A stretch of 64,000 bases of DNA, from NCBI GenBank assembly GCA_016618085.1, contig JABLTG010000001.1:372001-436000 (forward strand), in the 5' to 3' direction. The notes beneath the pieces are model-generated. The model had not been told where the DNA came from. It worked only from the letters and a program-made list of their open reading frames with translations, and searched no databases. Positions 41,271 to 54,879 of this stretch are shown piece by piece. Positions within the stretch are counted from its first letter, which is position 1. Each line of letters opens with the position of its first letter. The position numbers and the translations under genes are program-made. This stretch comes from Neovahlkampfia damariscottae. Its lineage: Eukaryota.

Positions 41271-44138
41271 TTAATTATTTAAATCAATAACTTCTTCATT
41301 TGTTGGTGTTTGTTCTATTTCTGCAATTCCATCACCAGTCTCTTTTTTCTCTTCTTCAACTTTTACAGGTGAGTTTCTTTTTGGTGATGTTCTTTTTGGA
41401 GAACCTTCATCTGAAGCAGATGTAATTTCTTCTACTTTTATTTCTTCATCCATATTTATTTCTTCGTATTCTTCATCAGAATCATATTGTGCTTTTACAA
41501 ATTCTTCTTCACCAACTTCTTCAGCAAGTAAATACAATAATTCATCTACTGCTCCGTCAACAGATTTTACATAATCATCAACATTCTTTTCAACAGGTAA
41601 ATCATCAATATTCTTTTTTTGTTTTTTACTCAACATTGATTGAATTTTACCAACATTTTTTAAAGCAGCTGCTTCTTGTCTCTTTTTAGCTTCTTCTTCG
41701 TCTCTATGTGTTGATGCCATTTCAAGTTCTCTAATATCAATTGTACCATCTCCATCAATATCATAACGATACATAATTCTATTAATTGTATCTTCACCAC
41801 CACCTTTTAAAGCATTTCTAATATCTTCTGCATTAATAGTTGTTGTACCATGTTGTTGTTGATATTTTTTTAATTTTTTAACAAGTTCATCATCTCCTTG
41901 ATTAATTTTATATTTAACATCTTTTTTGTGATTCAATCCTCTTTCAAGAAATAAAAGTTTCTTTCCATAATCCAAGAAAGTTCTTGCTGTCTTTAAAAAT
42001 TTTGTGTTAAAAAATTTTTTTTTTTTTCACTCTCTTACTCTTTTCACATCAAAAAGCATACTTTTGTCAAGAACATTAACAACTGAATCATTAAAACCAG
42101 TTTCAATAACACCAAAAATCATGTTGATTACAATCAAAAAATTCAAAAAAATGAAAGAAATATAAAACTAATTTTTGTGTTAAAAAAAAACTAAAATTTA
42201 CAATTGGCATTAAAATTCTACTTTCTGCAAAATAATCATCAAAACTTTGATTTTCACCGATTAAAGAACGTAATAAAGCAGATAGAGCTGATAAAAGATC
42301 TTTATAATCATCAATATCATTTCCAAAAATGATCCAACCACAAACAGCAAAAGCAAATAAACTTAAAATTTGTGTAAGTACAACTGAACCTAAATTTGAA
42401 GCAGCTCTTTGAACAGTTTCAGAAATTAAATTTAAACGATCATTTAAAGAGAAAAATTTGAAAATTCTAAAATAACTTAAAATAACACCTGTTCCAACAA
42501 TAGCATTGTCATAAATAGTTAAACTAAAAAATGTTTTTTTTCAAAAAAATATTATTCTTACTTTCTTGCTTCTTCTAATCTAGTTGGCCATGGTATTGTT
42601 GAATTGAATACATTTATCATATCAAATGGAGCAAATTCACGAAAGAATAAATAAAATCTAATACCAAATGAAACAATAATTAACTAAAATGTAAAAATAT
42701 TTTTTCATTTTACTCCTAAATTGATAACTTCTGCTAAATTCATCAAATTCACCCATGGAAACTTTAATTCTGAGTCAAGGAAAAAGTGCCACCCTGTTCC
42801 ATATTTAAATTCATTAAATAACTTTAAAATTGGTTAAATTGTTTTTTTGTCAAACATCAAGAATCCAAACAAAAATTGAAATTAATAAAAATAGTGGAGC
42901 CAACATGCAAACAGCAAAATAAACAATATTTAAAGCTTCTCTAAAAGGTTGAATACGAAATGCATCAATTTCCCAAGTTGATATTAAACCACCTCCTCCT
43001 AAAAAATTTTGTGTTAAAAAAATGATTTTTTCTTTACTTGTGAATTCTACTGCAAATTTTGAAGAAGTGAAAAAGTTAATATTGTTATTGTAACCAAACC
43101 ATTCAACAACTTGTGATTTTGTTTGTTTATCAATCCATTTGTTGGCAATTAAATCATCAACAAATTTTAAAGCATCTGCTCTGGACGTATTAAAAGGTAA
43201 AAACAAAGTATGAGCACCACAATCGAATGATAATTTACGACCTCTATATGTATACCCACCACCATTTTGATCACAAGTTTTATAAGTATAACTTTTTTGT
43301 TAATTTTTTTTTTTTTTTTTACGTATTGTTTGGTCCAAAAGGTGCTGTATCAATGGTACCTGTACTAATATCTTCATAACAGTCATGATCAAATTGAGGT
43401 AATAAAGGTACAAAACGACGTAGAGGAGAGCAAATGCTGTCTGAAGAAAGTGTTCTTTTCTTTTTTATACGATGTTGACGTATACGTAAAGCACCAATAT
43501 TTTTAATCTGTGAAATAGAATATCCTAATTGATTTCTTGGAAGTTGTGTACCATTTAAACTTTTTTCAACAAATAAAGCAGGTATAACAACACCTTTGAG
43601 CCACCTATAATAATCAAGAGGTGAATTGACGTCTTGTTTTTGAAAAGTATGAAATGTTGTTAAATCAGGAGCTCCAGGTGGTTTTTCAGTTTCCAAAGAA
43701 TTTGCTCCTCCATAAGGAAATGGTTTCCATAAAATTTGTTGCTTTTTAAAAAAAAATGAATAAAAATATGTTTCTCTTACACGAATTCCATGTTGCATCC
43801 AATATCCAGTTTCAATTTCGAAACCAAAAAACATCCACATTGTTATAAAAATTACAAAAGGAACATATAAAATCAAACGACGAATTGTTGCTAAATTTTT
43901 GGCTTTTTTTTGTATTTGATACACCATCAAATCTAAATCTACAGGTTGTAATTTGGATTCAAAAACAGTTGATTCTCCAAGTACATCATATTTTGGTGGA
44001 GCAGGTTCGTCTTTTCTTTTTTAAAAATGGAATTTTGAATTAGTTACCTTCTTGTTCTATTACTCGGATATATTTTTTCTTTGTTAGTTCTTTACGTGAT
44101 TTTGGAAAAGGTTTTGGTTCTTCTCCTTCCTCAATCAT
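41271..44138 (-). CDS. Polycystin-2 (PKD2/TRPP)-like cation channel with C-terminal EF-hand
   Basis: TOP-domain motifs IGALRIRQHR and LIANKWIDKQTK, FKFFSLNDRL, S6 FYISFIFLNFLIVINMIFGVI, and EF loop DIDGDGTIDIRE; about nine introns. Confidence 0.85.
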
Positions 44139-44292
44139 CACTTATCGTTCAAAAATCTGATGTTTTGATTGGTTGAAAAATATTAACAGTCAAAATTTTT
44201 TAATCATCTATTCAGATTCTTTTTTTTATTCTATTATTTTTTAAGAAAATGAAAAACGAGTCATCAAATTAGATGAATTTGATTGGATAAAA

Positions 44293-45969
44293 ATGCTACT
44301 ATTAAAACAACGTCGAAATATTTCTAATGTTCAAAGTCAATTAAAAATCTTTTATTCAACAAAAGATCCATTCGCTAACATTAAAATTAAAACATTTGAA
44401 ACTATTGAAGACAAAGAAGAAAGAGAAATAGATTATCTCTCTCCAGATTATCAACCTCAAAAAGTTCCTGAAAAAATAAAACCAAAAATTGACAAAAAGA
44501 AATTAATTTTAGAAAAATTTCAGAATTTAAACCATGAAGAAATTTATAAAATACTATTTAAACAAGGAAATGAAGAAATTGAAAAAAATAATTTTTCTTT
44601 GGCTTCAGAGAAATTTTCCGAATGTATTTTATTGAAACCAAATGAAATAGAACCATATATACAAAGATCTAAAGCTTATTTAGCGAAAGGAGAAATAGAA
44701 TTAGCCAGAAAAGACTTAAATTTTATCATTGAAAATTCATCAAAAATAGATCCAACAGTTTATTATAATTTAGCAGTAATTTCAAATGAAAATTTAAAAG
44801 GAATTGAAAATTATAAAAAATCAATCAAAATCTTGGAAAATTTAAAAGAAAAAACAATTTTTAAAAATGAATTATTGTTAAAATGTTATAACAATATTTC
44901 AAGCTCATTAATGAAAGAAAAACTATTAGAAAATGCATTAATGTTTTCAAATAAAGCAATAAAATTGTCAAAAGAACATAATTTGAAAATAACAAAAGAA
45001 TTTTATAATAGAGCAAGATGTCATCATTTATTGAATAATCTCAAAGAAGCAATTGAAGATTACTCAAAATTTTTGAAAGAAAATGAAAAGAATATTACAG
45101 CACAATCTTTTTTATCTCAATGTTATTCACAATTGAATCATCATGAGAAATCAATTGAAATACTCACTTCATGTATTGAAATAATTTTGAAAAAAGAATT
45201 TCATAAAGATGATAGAATGTCGGAAAAGGAAAGAAGAAAACATTTGAATGTTTTATTTAATGCAAGAGGAGATGAATATTTTCATTTGAAAAATTATGAA
45301 AAATCAATTGAAGATTACACGGAAGCATATTCATTTGATAGAAGAGATTTTAAAATTTTGGAAAAAAAAGCGAATTGTTATTATGAACTAAGACAATTTG
45401 AAAAAGGAATTGATGAACTTTCATTAGTTGTACATGCATCACCTACAATTGATGCATATATTATCAGAGCAAAATGTTATAAATCAATTAACAAGATTCA
45501 ACATTCCATTAATGATTTGATTGTAAAAAAAACATTTTTTTTTGACACTTAAAAGATGGCTAAAAATTTTGTGAGTGAAAATTCAAAGTCAAGTTTTAAC
45601 ATATTGAAACAACTTTCAATTTTATATTTCGAAATTTCTAATGAAGAACTTTGTCTAAAGAATATTTCTGAATTACTGAAAATTGAATTAGATTTGGATT
45701 CTATCTTATTGGCTTCATCAATTTTAATGAAAAACATGGAATATGAAAAAACATTTGAATATTTAAACTTAATGAATCATCAAGATATAACGATAACCAA
45801 AGGTATTGCTTATTTTCAATTAGAAAAATTTGAAAAAAGTGGAGAAGAATTTGAAAGAGCAATTTCAAATGATTGGTCTAATAAAAAATTAAAAAAATAT
45901 TTATCAATGGCATACTGGAAACAAGGTAAAAAAATTCAAGCAATAAAAGAATACATTTCAAGTTTTTAA
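44293..45969 (+). CDS. TPR-repeat protein with mitochondrial-type presequence
   Basis: Repeated TPR motifs (e.g. FYNRARCHHLLNNLKEAIEDYSK); intron 45523-45555; N-terminus MLLLKQRRNIS...IFYST. Confidence 0.8.
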
Positions 45970-45990
45970 AAAAAATTTCTGTTCGCTCAT

Positions 45991-46284
45991 TTATTCCAAA
46001 TTTTTGAAGTGTTCATTTACAATTTCCATTCTTGATAATGATTTTTTTTTTATTCTTCTCATGACTTCATCATAATTTTCACAATTTTTTTCTGCTTTTG
46101 GTACTTTAAAAGAAACAAAAGGTAATCTCAATGATTTTTCAACATACTGTAAAACATTTCTTTTTTTTTTGGAATTTTTTTTTCTTGTACCACTCCATGG
46201 TAATTTTTTCCACAATAAACCACCTATTAAAAAATTAAATTTCCAAAATTAGTTACTGAGCAAAGTTTGAGTTTTTTGAAACAT
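45991..46284 (-). CDS. Mitochondrial ribosomal protein mL60 (yeast Mrpl31-like)
   Basis: The spliced N-terminus MFQKTQTLLSGLLWKKLPW matches the GGLLWKxPW hallmark of mL60. Confidence 0.65.
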
Positions 46285-46392
46285 GGAAAGTTGTTGATTG
46301 GTGGAAAATTTCTGAACCAATTATAAAGATACAAAAAAATCTCTTTCTCATTGACCAATCGTTGAGCTACATAAACAAAAAAACTAAAAGCA

Positions 46393-46913
46393 ATGACCGA
46401 AGTCGAAAAAAAAGTTGTTTCAAAAGGAGGTAAAAAGAATGTTGAAAAAGTAAAAAAAATCGAATATTATGGTCCTCCAGGAGTTGGTCCTGATGAATAC
46501 GTTTTTGCTGTTTGTCACATCTATGCTTCATTCAACAATACTTTTGTTCACGTTACAGATCTCTCAGGAGAAGAAACTATTGTCAAAGTCACTGGTAATT
46601 AATTTTAATTTTATTTATTCAACTTTTAGGTGGTATGAAAGTTAAAAGTGATCGTGATGAATCTTCACCATATGCTGCGATGAACGCTGCTAAAGATGTT
46701 GCTGAAAGATGTAAAGAATTAGGAATTACTTGTCTTCACATTAAATTAAGAGCTACAGGTGGTTCAATGAATAAAAATCCAGGTCCAGGAGCTCAAGCTG
46801 CTTTAAGAGCACTTGCGAGAAGTGGATTGAAAATTGGAAGAATTGAAGACACAACACCAATTCCACATGATGGAACAAGAAGAAAATCCGGTAGAAGAGG
46901 TAGAAGATTATAA
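46393..46913 (+). CDS. RPS14: 40S ribosomal protein uS11
   Basis: [18 protein letters not shown]...[18 protein letters not shown]...[11 protein letters not shown]; intron 46595-46629. Confidence 0.98.
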
Positions 46914-46936
46914 CTTCACAATTTATATAAAAATTT

Positions 46937-49067
46937 TTACTTTCGTTTTTTCTTTGTTGTCTTTGGTTTTTCTTCTCCTACTTTTTGAATTGCATCCAAA
47001 ACAAATGATAAATCTTCTCCTGTACTTTGTGTTAATGGTTTTGTTTCTTGTTTTTTGAATCTTTCTTTCTTTTCTTTTTTTGTTTCTTTTTTAATTTCAT
47101 TCTTTGCATCTTCATTTTTGGTTTCATCTTTCTTTGATTCTTTTTTGGTTGCTTTTGATTCTTTCTTTGACTCTTTCTTTTTTTCAACACTATCTTGTTC
47201 ATCTTGTTCATTTTTAAATTTCTTTTTTGAAGGTTCTTCATCAATAATTGAACTAAATGTTTCTTTTCTTTTTAAATTTCTTTCTTCATTCTTTTTCCAT
47301 TCTTTTTGTGAATTCACATTTTTGAAGTTTCTTAAAGCACAATTTGTGTAAACAATTTTTCCATTGAAATCTTGTAATAAATCTAATTGATATATTGAGA
47401 AATGATAAAAAAAAAACCTCTTTCAAATTTAATCAATTCAACACCTAATTTCAATTTCAAATTTAATTCATCAGTTTTAAATAATTTTTGAATAACTCTG
47501 CAACCATAAATGTTACAACTAATTTTCTCAGGATTTAACATTTTTTTAAAAAGCATTTTTGGTCTTCTTTCAATGATTTTTTCAATCAATAAACTTCCAT
47601 TTTTGTGTGTGCATAAAATTGAAACGTATTCGGAATCTAAATCTGAAAAACTGAAAATAAAATTAGTTCATTTTTGATTGAATTACTCTTTCATTAGACT
47701 TGTAATATTGCCAAAATCAAAAACATTCATCAATAATTGACATCCAAATCTATCAAATTGATCATTGGTTGAAAATAAAATTTCTTTGATGGAATTGGTT
47801 GTGTATAAACTTTTGAAGGCTTCCATAAATTCTGATTGTCTTGTTTCATATTTAACACATATACTTGCTATTTCAATCAAAATACCTTTAAATGAAGCTA
47901 ATAAAGAAATGTGTGTTAAATAATTTTTCCATTTTTCTTACAAAAGATTTTTCGAAAGTCTTCTTTTATTTTATCAAAACTAGCTTCAAATAAGTCTTTT
48001 GGTAATCTTTTTATCAAGTTTCTAACACCAAATTGACCAGTGTATGAAACACATAACTTTCTAAAAGTTTTTTTGATTGATTTATAAAGTTCTAAAATTG
48101 TATCATCGGAGCATGTCTATGAAAAAATTCAATAAAAAAAAGAGATATTCAAACCAAAATTAAAGCATCTATAACTCTTGAAGCAATTGTATGATCCATT
48201 GCATTTGTAATCAATGTTGATTTTAAATTTTTAAATAAAAAATCAATAATTTTTTTATAATGTTCATCATCATTTGGATATGTATTTAAAAATGAAATCA
48301 AAACAGGACATGCAATAGGGTCATACATCCATTGTGTTGGTTTTATATTTTCAAAAAATTGATTCAACATTTGATCAATATAACTATGAAATTCTTCAAA
48401 TTCAAAAATCAATTCAATTATACTTCTTAAAACAAATGAACCATTTTTTTGAAATAATAAATCAGTCCATGAGTTTTTTAAAATATCTAAAGTATCTCTA
48501 ATCATAAGTTTCATCATTGGATATCCATCATCTGTTTTTTCACCTTCTTGTTGTGATTTTTTTTCATTTTGTTCATTTTCTTGTTTAATGATTAAAATTG
48601 AACTTTGTAATAATTTTTGTAAAACAAAACTTGAATATTTACCAAAACAAAGTTGTGGTAAAAATTGATTAATTTCAGAGTATAACATTCTGATTTGTTT
48701 TTCAGTTGAAAGTTTGGTTATTATTCTTTCTAATACTTTTGATGATTGTACATCATTCAATTGTTGAATAAATTCATTCACTCGATTTGGTAAAGAAGAA
48801 ATTAAAGATGTGAAAACAGATTCAGTAAAATTAATAATTTCTAAATATTGAATAGGTTGAATAATTTTTACCTTCTGGTGTTTGGAATTTATCTTTTTCA
48901 ATTAACCTCTCTAATCTTCGATAATAGGTCCATAAGTCATGGGACATTTTACGATGATTTAATCCTTCTTCTGTGAATTCCAAAACTCCAATTTTTTCAA
49001 ATTCATCATTTTCAGCTTGGCTTGGCCTTTGAAGTACTTCTTCTTTGGTTTTCTTGTTTGTAAACAT
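46937..49067 (-). CDS. NOP9: Nucleolar protein 9 (Pumilio-like repeats)
   Basis: PUF-like repeats SSKVLE, YSSFVLQ, NGSFVLR, IASRVID, NGSLLIE and YGCRVIQ; Lys/Glu-rich tail; several introns. Confidence 0.75.
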
Positions 49068-49241
49068 GAAAAAATTGACAAAACGGATGATTTCATTGGA
49101 CAATTTCTAATATTCATGTTCAAATGATTTTTGTAAAAAAATATCAACAAAATTTATTTTTTTCTTTGTAGTTTTTTTTCTTGATTTTGATTGGACATTC
49201 AAATCACAACAGAAAATCGCAAACAAACTAATAACAATTGA

Positions 49242-50645
49242 ATGGACATTATTGAAGAAAAACCAAAAGAGAAATTAGATGTTAATAAAATTATCAAAAA
49301 ATTCTTCAAAGGATTTGGAGCTGGTTATATTCTTCCTTTGATTCCTTCACTCATTGGTTTTTTCATCAGAAGAATCGGAACTTTATTCACCAACAAAAAA
49401 GTGAAAGATAGTTTTATCAAAAAATTTGGAAATATAATAATATCTGTTGATTCAGCCAAATTTGGATTATCACTAGGTAACAAAATAGTTAACAAAATTC
49501 ATTTTTTTTCTTAGGTACAATTTCAGCTGCTTATCCAACTCTAAGACATATTTTTTCACAATTTACAAACAATAAATCCATTAGTACATTTTTGGCAGGT
49601 GCTTTATCCGGTTTAGCTATTAATTTTGATTCAACTCATCACGGAAAAGAAAGAAGATTCATTTTATCTTTATATTTATTAACAAGAGGTTTAGAAACAA
49701 TGTATGAAATTGGAGTAAAAAAAAACATTGTCAGAAAAATTGAAAATCTTGACGCAATACTATTCATAGTTTCATGTTATGAAATTATGTCAAGGTAAGT
49801 GATTAAAAAAAAAGTTATAACCATTGTACAAGTTGGGTTTATTATCCAAAAGCATTACCAAAATCATACAATAAATGGATAACTTCAATGGCTGAAATAG
49901 AACCTGTTTTTTTGAAAATTGTTCGATTACAAAAAGATGGAGGATGGAATATTTGGAAAGATTCAACGGATGTAGCAAAAGAATATTGTCTTAGTAAAGG
50001 TATAGACCCAAAATTAGCGAATCCAATTTTTGGTCCTGTTGCTTGTAACAAGGTTATTCATCCTGGGATTAGTTGTCCACAACATACTTTGGATAGATTG
50101 GTGTCTTCATTTAAATTATGTTTTTTGATGTATTTTCCAGTTCATTTATTACCTACATTGATTTTTAGAGTTCAAAAAGCTTTAGATAATCCAATAGAAT
50201 TTTTGAAGATAACCTTACAGAATACAGTTCAATCAAGTGCCTTTTTGTCAACATTTATTGTTTTGATTTGGGGTTCTGTTTGTTTTTGGAGAAATGCCTT
50301 ACAAGCAGGTTAGCAATTTCATTTGTTTATTCATCTGTATTTTTAGATCGTTTGATTGGTCCATTGATTGGATGTGCTCTTTGTGGACTTAGTATTTTTA
50401 TTGAAAAGAAATCAAGAAGAATGGAATTAGCTCTTTATTGTATTCCAAGAGCTTTGAATTCTGTTTTTGAAAAGATATTAGATTATTACAAATGTAAAGA
50501 GTCCAAAGATAGATTGAGAAGAAGAGTGCAACTTGGTACCACTTTATTTAGTTTAGGACTTGGTTTAATTTCTTATAGTTTAGAATCAGACCATAACGTT
50601 ATTGGTCCATCCATCAAAAATGTAATGTTATATTTCTTGGAATAA
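49242..50645 (+). CDS. TMEM135: TMEM135-family membrane protein
   Basis: FLAGALSGLA, LSLYLLTRGL, C..IHP..SC, YFPVHLLP, QSSAFLSTF and IEKKSRRMELALYCIPRAL. Confidence 0.85.
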
Positions 50646-50666
50646 AAATTTATTTCATGAGATTTT

Positions 50667-52380
50667 TTAATCAATTAGAATCGATGCAACATTAGCAGTT
50701 AGAAAACATGCAATTGAACCTGTTACTAATGCTCTAAATCCAATTCTTGCCAAATCTTGTTTTCGACTGGGTGCCAAATTTCCAATAGATGCAATGATGA
50801 TTCCAATGGCAGTCAAGTTCGAAAACCCACATAAACTGAAAAAATGGTTAATTAATGGATTATTTACGCATATGTTGCTGCAATTTCGAATCTTTTTGAA
50901 ACATTTCCACTTGCAATCATTTTTCCAAGTGCTTCATAAGCAACAAATTCGTTGATCACTGTTTTCTTTCCCAATAATTCTCCCATTTTCAAAGTTTCAC
51001 TCCAATCGGAAATCCCCAAGAAAAGTGACAATGGTCTGAAGCAATACGATAAGAATAAGTCAAAAGTGACTGTAATTCCAAAGATAGAAAAAAATAATTG
51101 AATCATCCAATCACATAACCCAATGAGAGATATAAAGGCAATGAGTACAATTGCAATATTAATGGCAGACTGTCCTCCAAGTAAAGCACCGTTCGAAATC
51201 GAATCAAATAAATTGATAGCATTATTTTCAACTTTTAATTTTATCGATCCTTTCGTCATTGATTCTTGTGTTTCTGGAAACATTAATTTTGAGCAAGCAA
51301 TAGCAGCTGGGGCAGACATGACCGAAGCAATTAATAAATGGCTTGCTTCAATCCCAAATGAAATATATGCTCCTAATGTCTGGTTAATTTTGTTAAAAAA
51401 ATGATTGATATCATACACTTCCAGATACTGTTGCAAAACCTCCAGCCATAACTAAATGTAATTCAGACATTGTTAATGTTTCTAAAAATGGTTTGATGAT
51501 CAACGGAGATTCAGTCATTCCAACAAAAACATTACAAGAAACAGATAATGCTTCTGAACCTGATATCTCCATTGTTTTGAACATTATCCAACCAAAAAAT
51601 CCAACAACAATAGGTATTATTTTTAAATAATACAGCATTGACATGAATGAACTAAAAAATATCACAATAGACAATCTATAAGAATGTTAAAAAAAAACAA
51701 CCAATTGTTGTACACTTGGAAAGCGAAAGGATGATCTGTAAACTTTTGGCCCCAAACAAATTGAGATCCTAAATCTGCTAAATTTAAAAATTTCTGAGCA
51801 GTTGTTCCAAAAAATTCAAATGTTTTAAATCCAAACTATTTTTTTTAACCAAAGAAACTTAATTTACTGTTGTTCTTATGACAAGCAAACCTACGAAAAA
51901 TTGAAGAAAAAGGCCCCAAATTATTGTTCTCCAATTGATTTTTTTTTGATTCGTTGAACATAAAAACATAAATAATAGGAAAAAACAAATTCCTGCTAAA
52001 TTTAAGAAATTTTCAAATTTTAAGAAACAAAGAACGAGAATGTAGATGAAAGTGAATAAAAATATCAGCACTGTCAAAACGTTTTGGATGATAAATTTCA
52101 AATTTGAGGGTATTTTCCATTGAATAATCTTCTTGACCATTTCATTGTTTGAAATTTCAGAAAATGATTCAATTATTCTTTCTTTCATTTTTGAGTTGTT
52201 AATATATTCCATTAAGAAACTGAAAAATACAGAAAAAATATTCCAGTATTCTGGTTCGTTTGATTCTTTTACTTTTTCTTCTTGTTCATTTTCAGTTGTT
52301 TTATTATCAGAATATGTTGATTCTAGTTGTATTTCTGGTAACTCAAAATCAGTGTTTTCAATGGAATCAATCTGCTGCAT
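50667..52380 (-). CDS. Concentrative Na+/H+ nucleoside transporter (SLC28/NupC family)
   Basis: INWRTIIWGLFLQ, NVFVGMTESPL, GGFATVSGS, ASVMSAPAA, KTVINEFVAY and CGFSN. Confidence 0.93.
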
Positions 52381-52739
52381 GTCAAAAAATGATGGGTTGG
52401 AAAATGATTGGATAAACTTTATTCACATTTTACCTCAGTTCTATGATTTCCATTCAGTTATTTTCAATTCCAGTGCTTCAATTTTTTATACCATGATGTT
52501 GAAAAAATTGTATGATCATACTTATTTCCAATCAAAGTGTTACTCATTGATAAAGTTGTTTTTTTGACATTGCAATTATAAAGAAAACTACAACTGAAGA
52601 CAAGTTAGTTACTGTTGAATATTGTCGCTTTGCTGTATTACTGAGGTATTGAAAAGGCAGTTCAATAATTTTGAAAGAAACTCCAAACTTAAAAAAAACA
52701 ATTGTGGTTTGAAAAATAAAAAAACATTCATTGGTTAAA

Positions 52740-53927
52740 ATGGTTGACCTAACAAAAGATTCACTTTCGAATATTCACAAAGGTATAGTTGTTGAAAACC
52801 CTATTGTACAAATAATGGATGCATCAACTGTAATCGTTAGTGATGGAAGAAACAGAATCAAGTTTTTTTTTTTTGATGTTAATTTTTTGGAAGAGTATTT
52901 CTCTCTGATGGTGAAAATTCAATTTTGGGGTATTTTTTAGGTCCTGGTATAAAAGAAAAATTCAAAAATATTGATGAACTATTCTACACAGTCCTCAAAC
53001 TCACTGAATATGTTTTACAACACACTGACAACATTTTTTTTGTTGTTATTTTTTCTTTTGAAGTAATTGAAAGGAGAGAAGGTGTCATTGGAAACCCAGG
53101 AATCTGTAAAACTATTTTTATTTTTTTCATTTTTTTTTTTAGTAAACAACACAATGGCCAAAGAAAAAACATTTGAAAAAAAAGAACCAAATTGGATAGA
53201 TACACTAAAAGTTCAAGAAATTTCCACTTTGAATCCATATCAAAAAAATACAATTTTCAAAGGAACAGTCAATTTTATATCTGACATCACAGAATGGACT
53301 CAAGGAACACGTACAGGAACAGTAGCTTATTGTGATATTTTTGATTCTTCATTAATTATTCGTTGTTTGATGTTTAATGATTATTGTAAAAAATTCCATC
53401 ATCTTTTTGAAAAAGGTAAAGATTTCATCATCACAAATGGACAAGTAAAACCCAGCAACAGGAAATTTTCAACTTTGACAAATGATTATGAAATAGTTTT
53501 GAATGAGAACTCAACGGTCCATCAACTAAAGTCAAATGAAGTATGTTGTTATTTTATTCATTTTTGGTTTTAGGATGATGGATTCTTGGAAGGAAAATCA
53601 TTGGATATTTCCCTTTTTCCTTCTTTGGAATTCTCTTTTGATGTTTTGGTGCTAGTAAAGAACATTCGTCAAAAGAGAAAAGACAATTTGGAAGTACTAT
53701 ATTTGTTGATCGAAGATGAATGGAAAAATGAAAGTATTTTGATACTTTCAAAAGAACATGCTAAATATTCAAAGATAGTGCCTGGAGATGTTTTGTTTGT
53801 AAAGAATGTGCAAAAATCAAGTGAAGGTGGAAATATGATTGAAACAGGATCCATGACTTCAATAATGATCAACTTACCAACAAATCAAGTGAAAACATTG
53901 TCTGCGAAATTTGAGTCCTCAATGTAG
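52740..53927 (+). CDS. Truncated RPA70-like OB-fold protein (~360 aa; N-terminal OB, DBD-A, degenerate DBD-B, no DBD-C)
   Basis: PIVQI...RIKVFLSDG...IGNP (N-terminal OB) and ISTLNPYQ...IRCLMFN...GQVKPSNRKFSTLTNDYEI (DBD-A); three introns. Confidence 0.75.
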
Positions 53928-54000
53928 ATGGGTTTATGTTCAATGAAATTTCTTATCCAATCAGATAGGATTAATTTCATTTCTTTAAAGGAAAAAAGCA

Positions 54001-54676
54001 GAGCAAATGATTTCTTCAAAACACTCAAATCATCAAAAATTAGTGATATTAATGTACAGCCACCTCAAATTTGTTGAGTACACTCAAAAGGAATTCGATT
54101 TGAATGAATGCGTAATCATTTTATTAGTAATTATTAGATCAACATTTTCTATATCATTCATCATTGTTTTAAAGAAATTCCGCTTCTATTTGCTGATAGT
54201 ATTGATTATTATACGAACGGGAAAAGAGAAATATGATCAATTCCCAAAATGGGTTCTTGGAGGGCACATGATATTCAACACTACCTTTGATATTAATTCA
54301 ATTTTGAATTCTGAATATTATCTCTTCACAGTTGTTCTCAAGTTTGCTTTTTGAGAAGTAGATCTTTGGAATTTCATACCATATAATTTTTCAAAATATT
54401 GAAATTCTTTTTCTCGTTCTTCTTTTTTTTTGAATCTTCATCTGGGATTTCTATTTTATTCAACTCTAATTCTATATATCACGATGGTTTCCTTCATTTC
54501 ATCGTTTAAAAAAGAAAGTTTTTTGAGAATTGAATTTACAAAATTAGTCAAGATTTCATCATTAACTTTGTTACCTCTAAATAAGTCACCAACTTGACCT
54601 TTTGCTCTGTCCTGATTGAACTAAATTCTTTTATACTTTTCGTTCTGGCTTATTACACCTCATCAACACAAAACAT
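54001..54676 (-). pseudogene. Possible degraded gene
   Basis: ATG 54676 lies behind an ATTGG box (54690). Protein-like segments (GQVGDLFRGNKVNDEILTNF..., EREKEFQYFEKLYGMKF) are interrupted by stops and frameshifts that short introns do not rescue. Confidence 0.3.
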
Positions 54677-54879
54677 TTGGGTTGTTTTGATTGGTTACTA
54701 TTTTAATCTTTTTAATTCAAGTTATTTAAACAGTTGTTTAAACATTTTGAAATAATCACTGTTTGAAATGAAAATTAATTTTATCAATTTTTTTTTTCTT
54801 GGAATTTTTTAAAATCAAATTCTTTAAAGTTGGAAAAAATCAAAAAAATTACGAGATTTTCATTGGCTTGTTAAACTTG

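Noticed and set aside
46937..47317. Lys/Glu-rich repetitive sequence and poly-A/T runs
   Set aside because: These are a low-complexity protein tail and intronic homopolymers, not a repeat array or mobile element.
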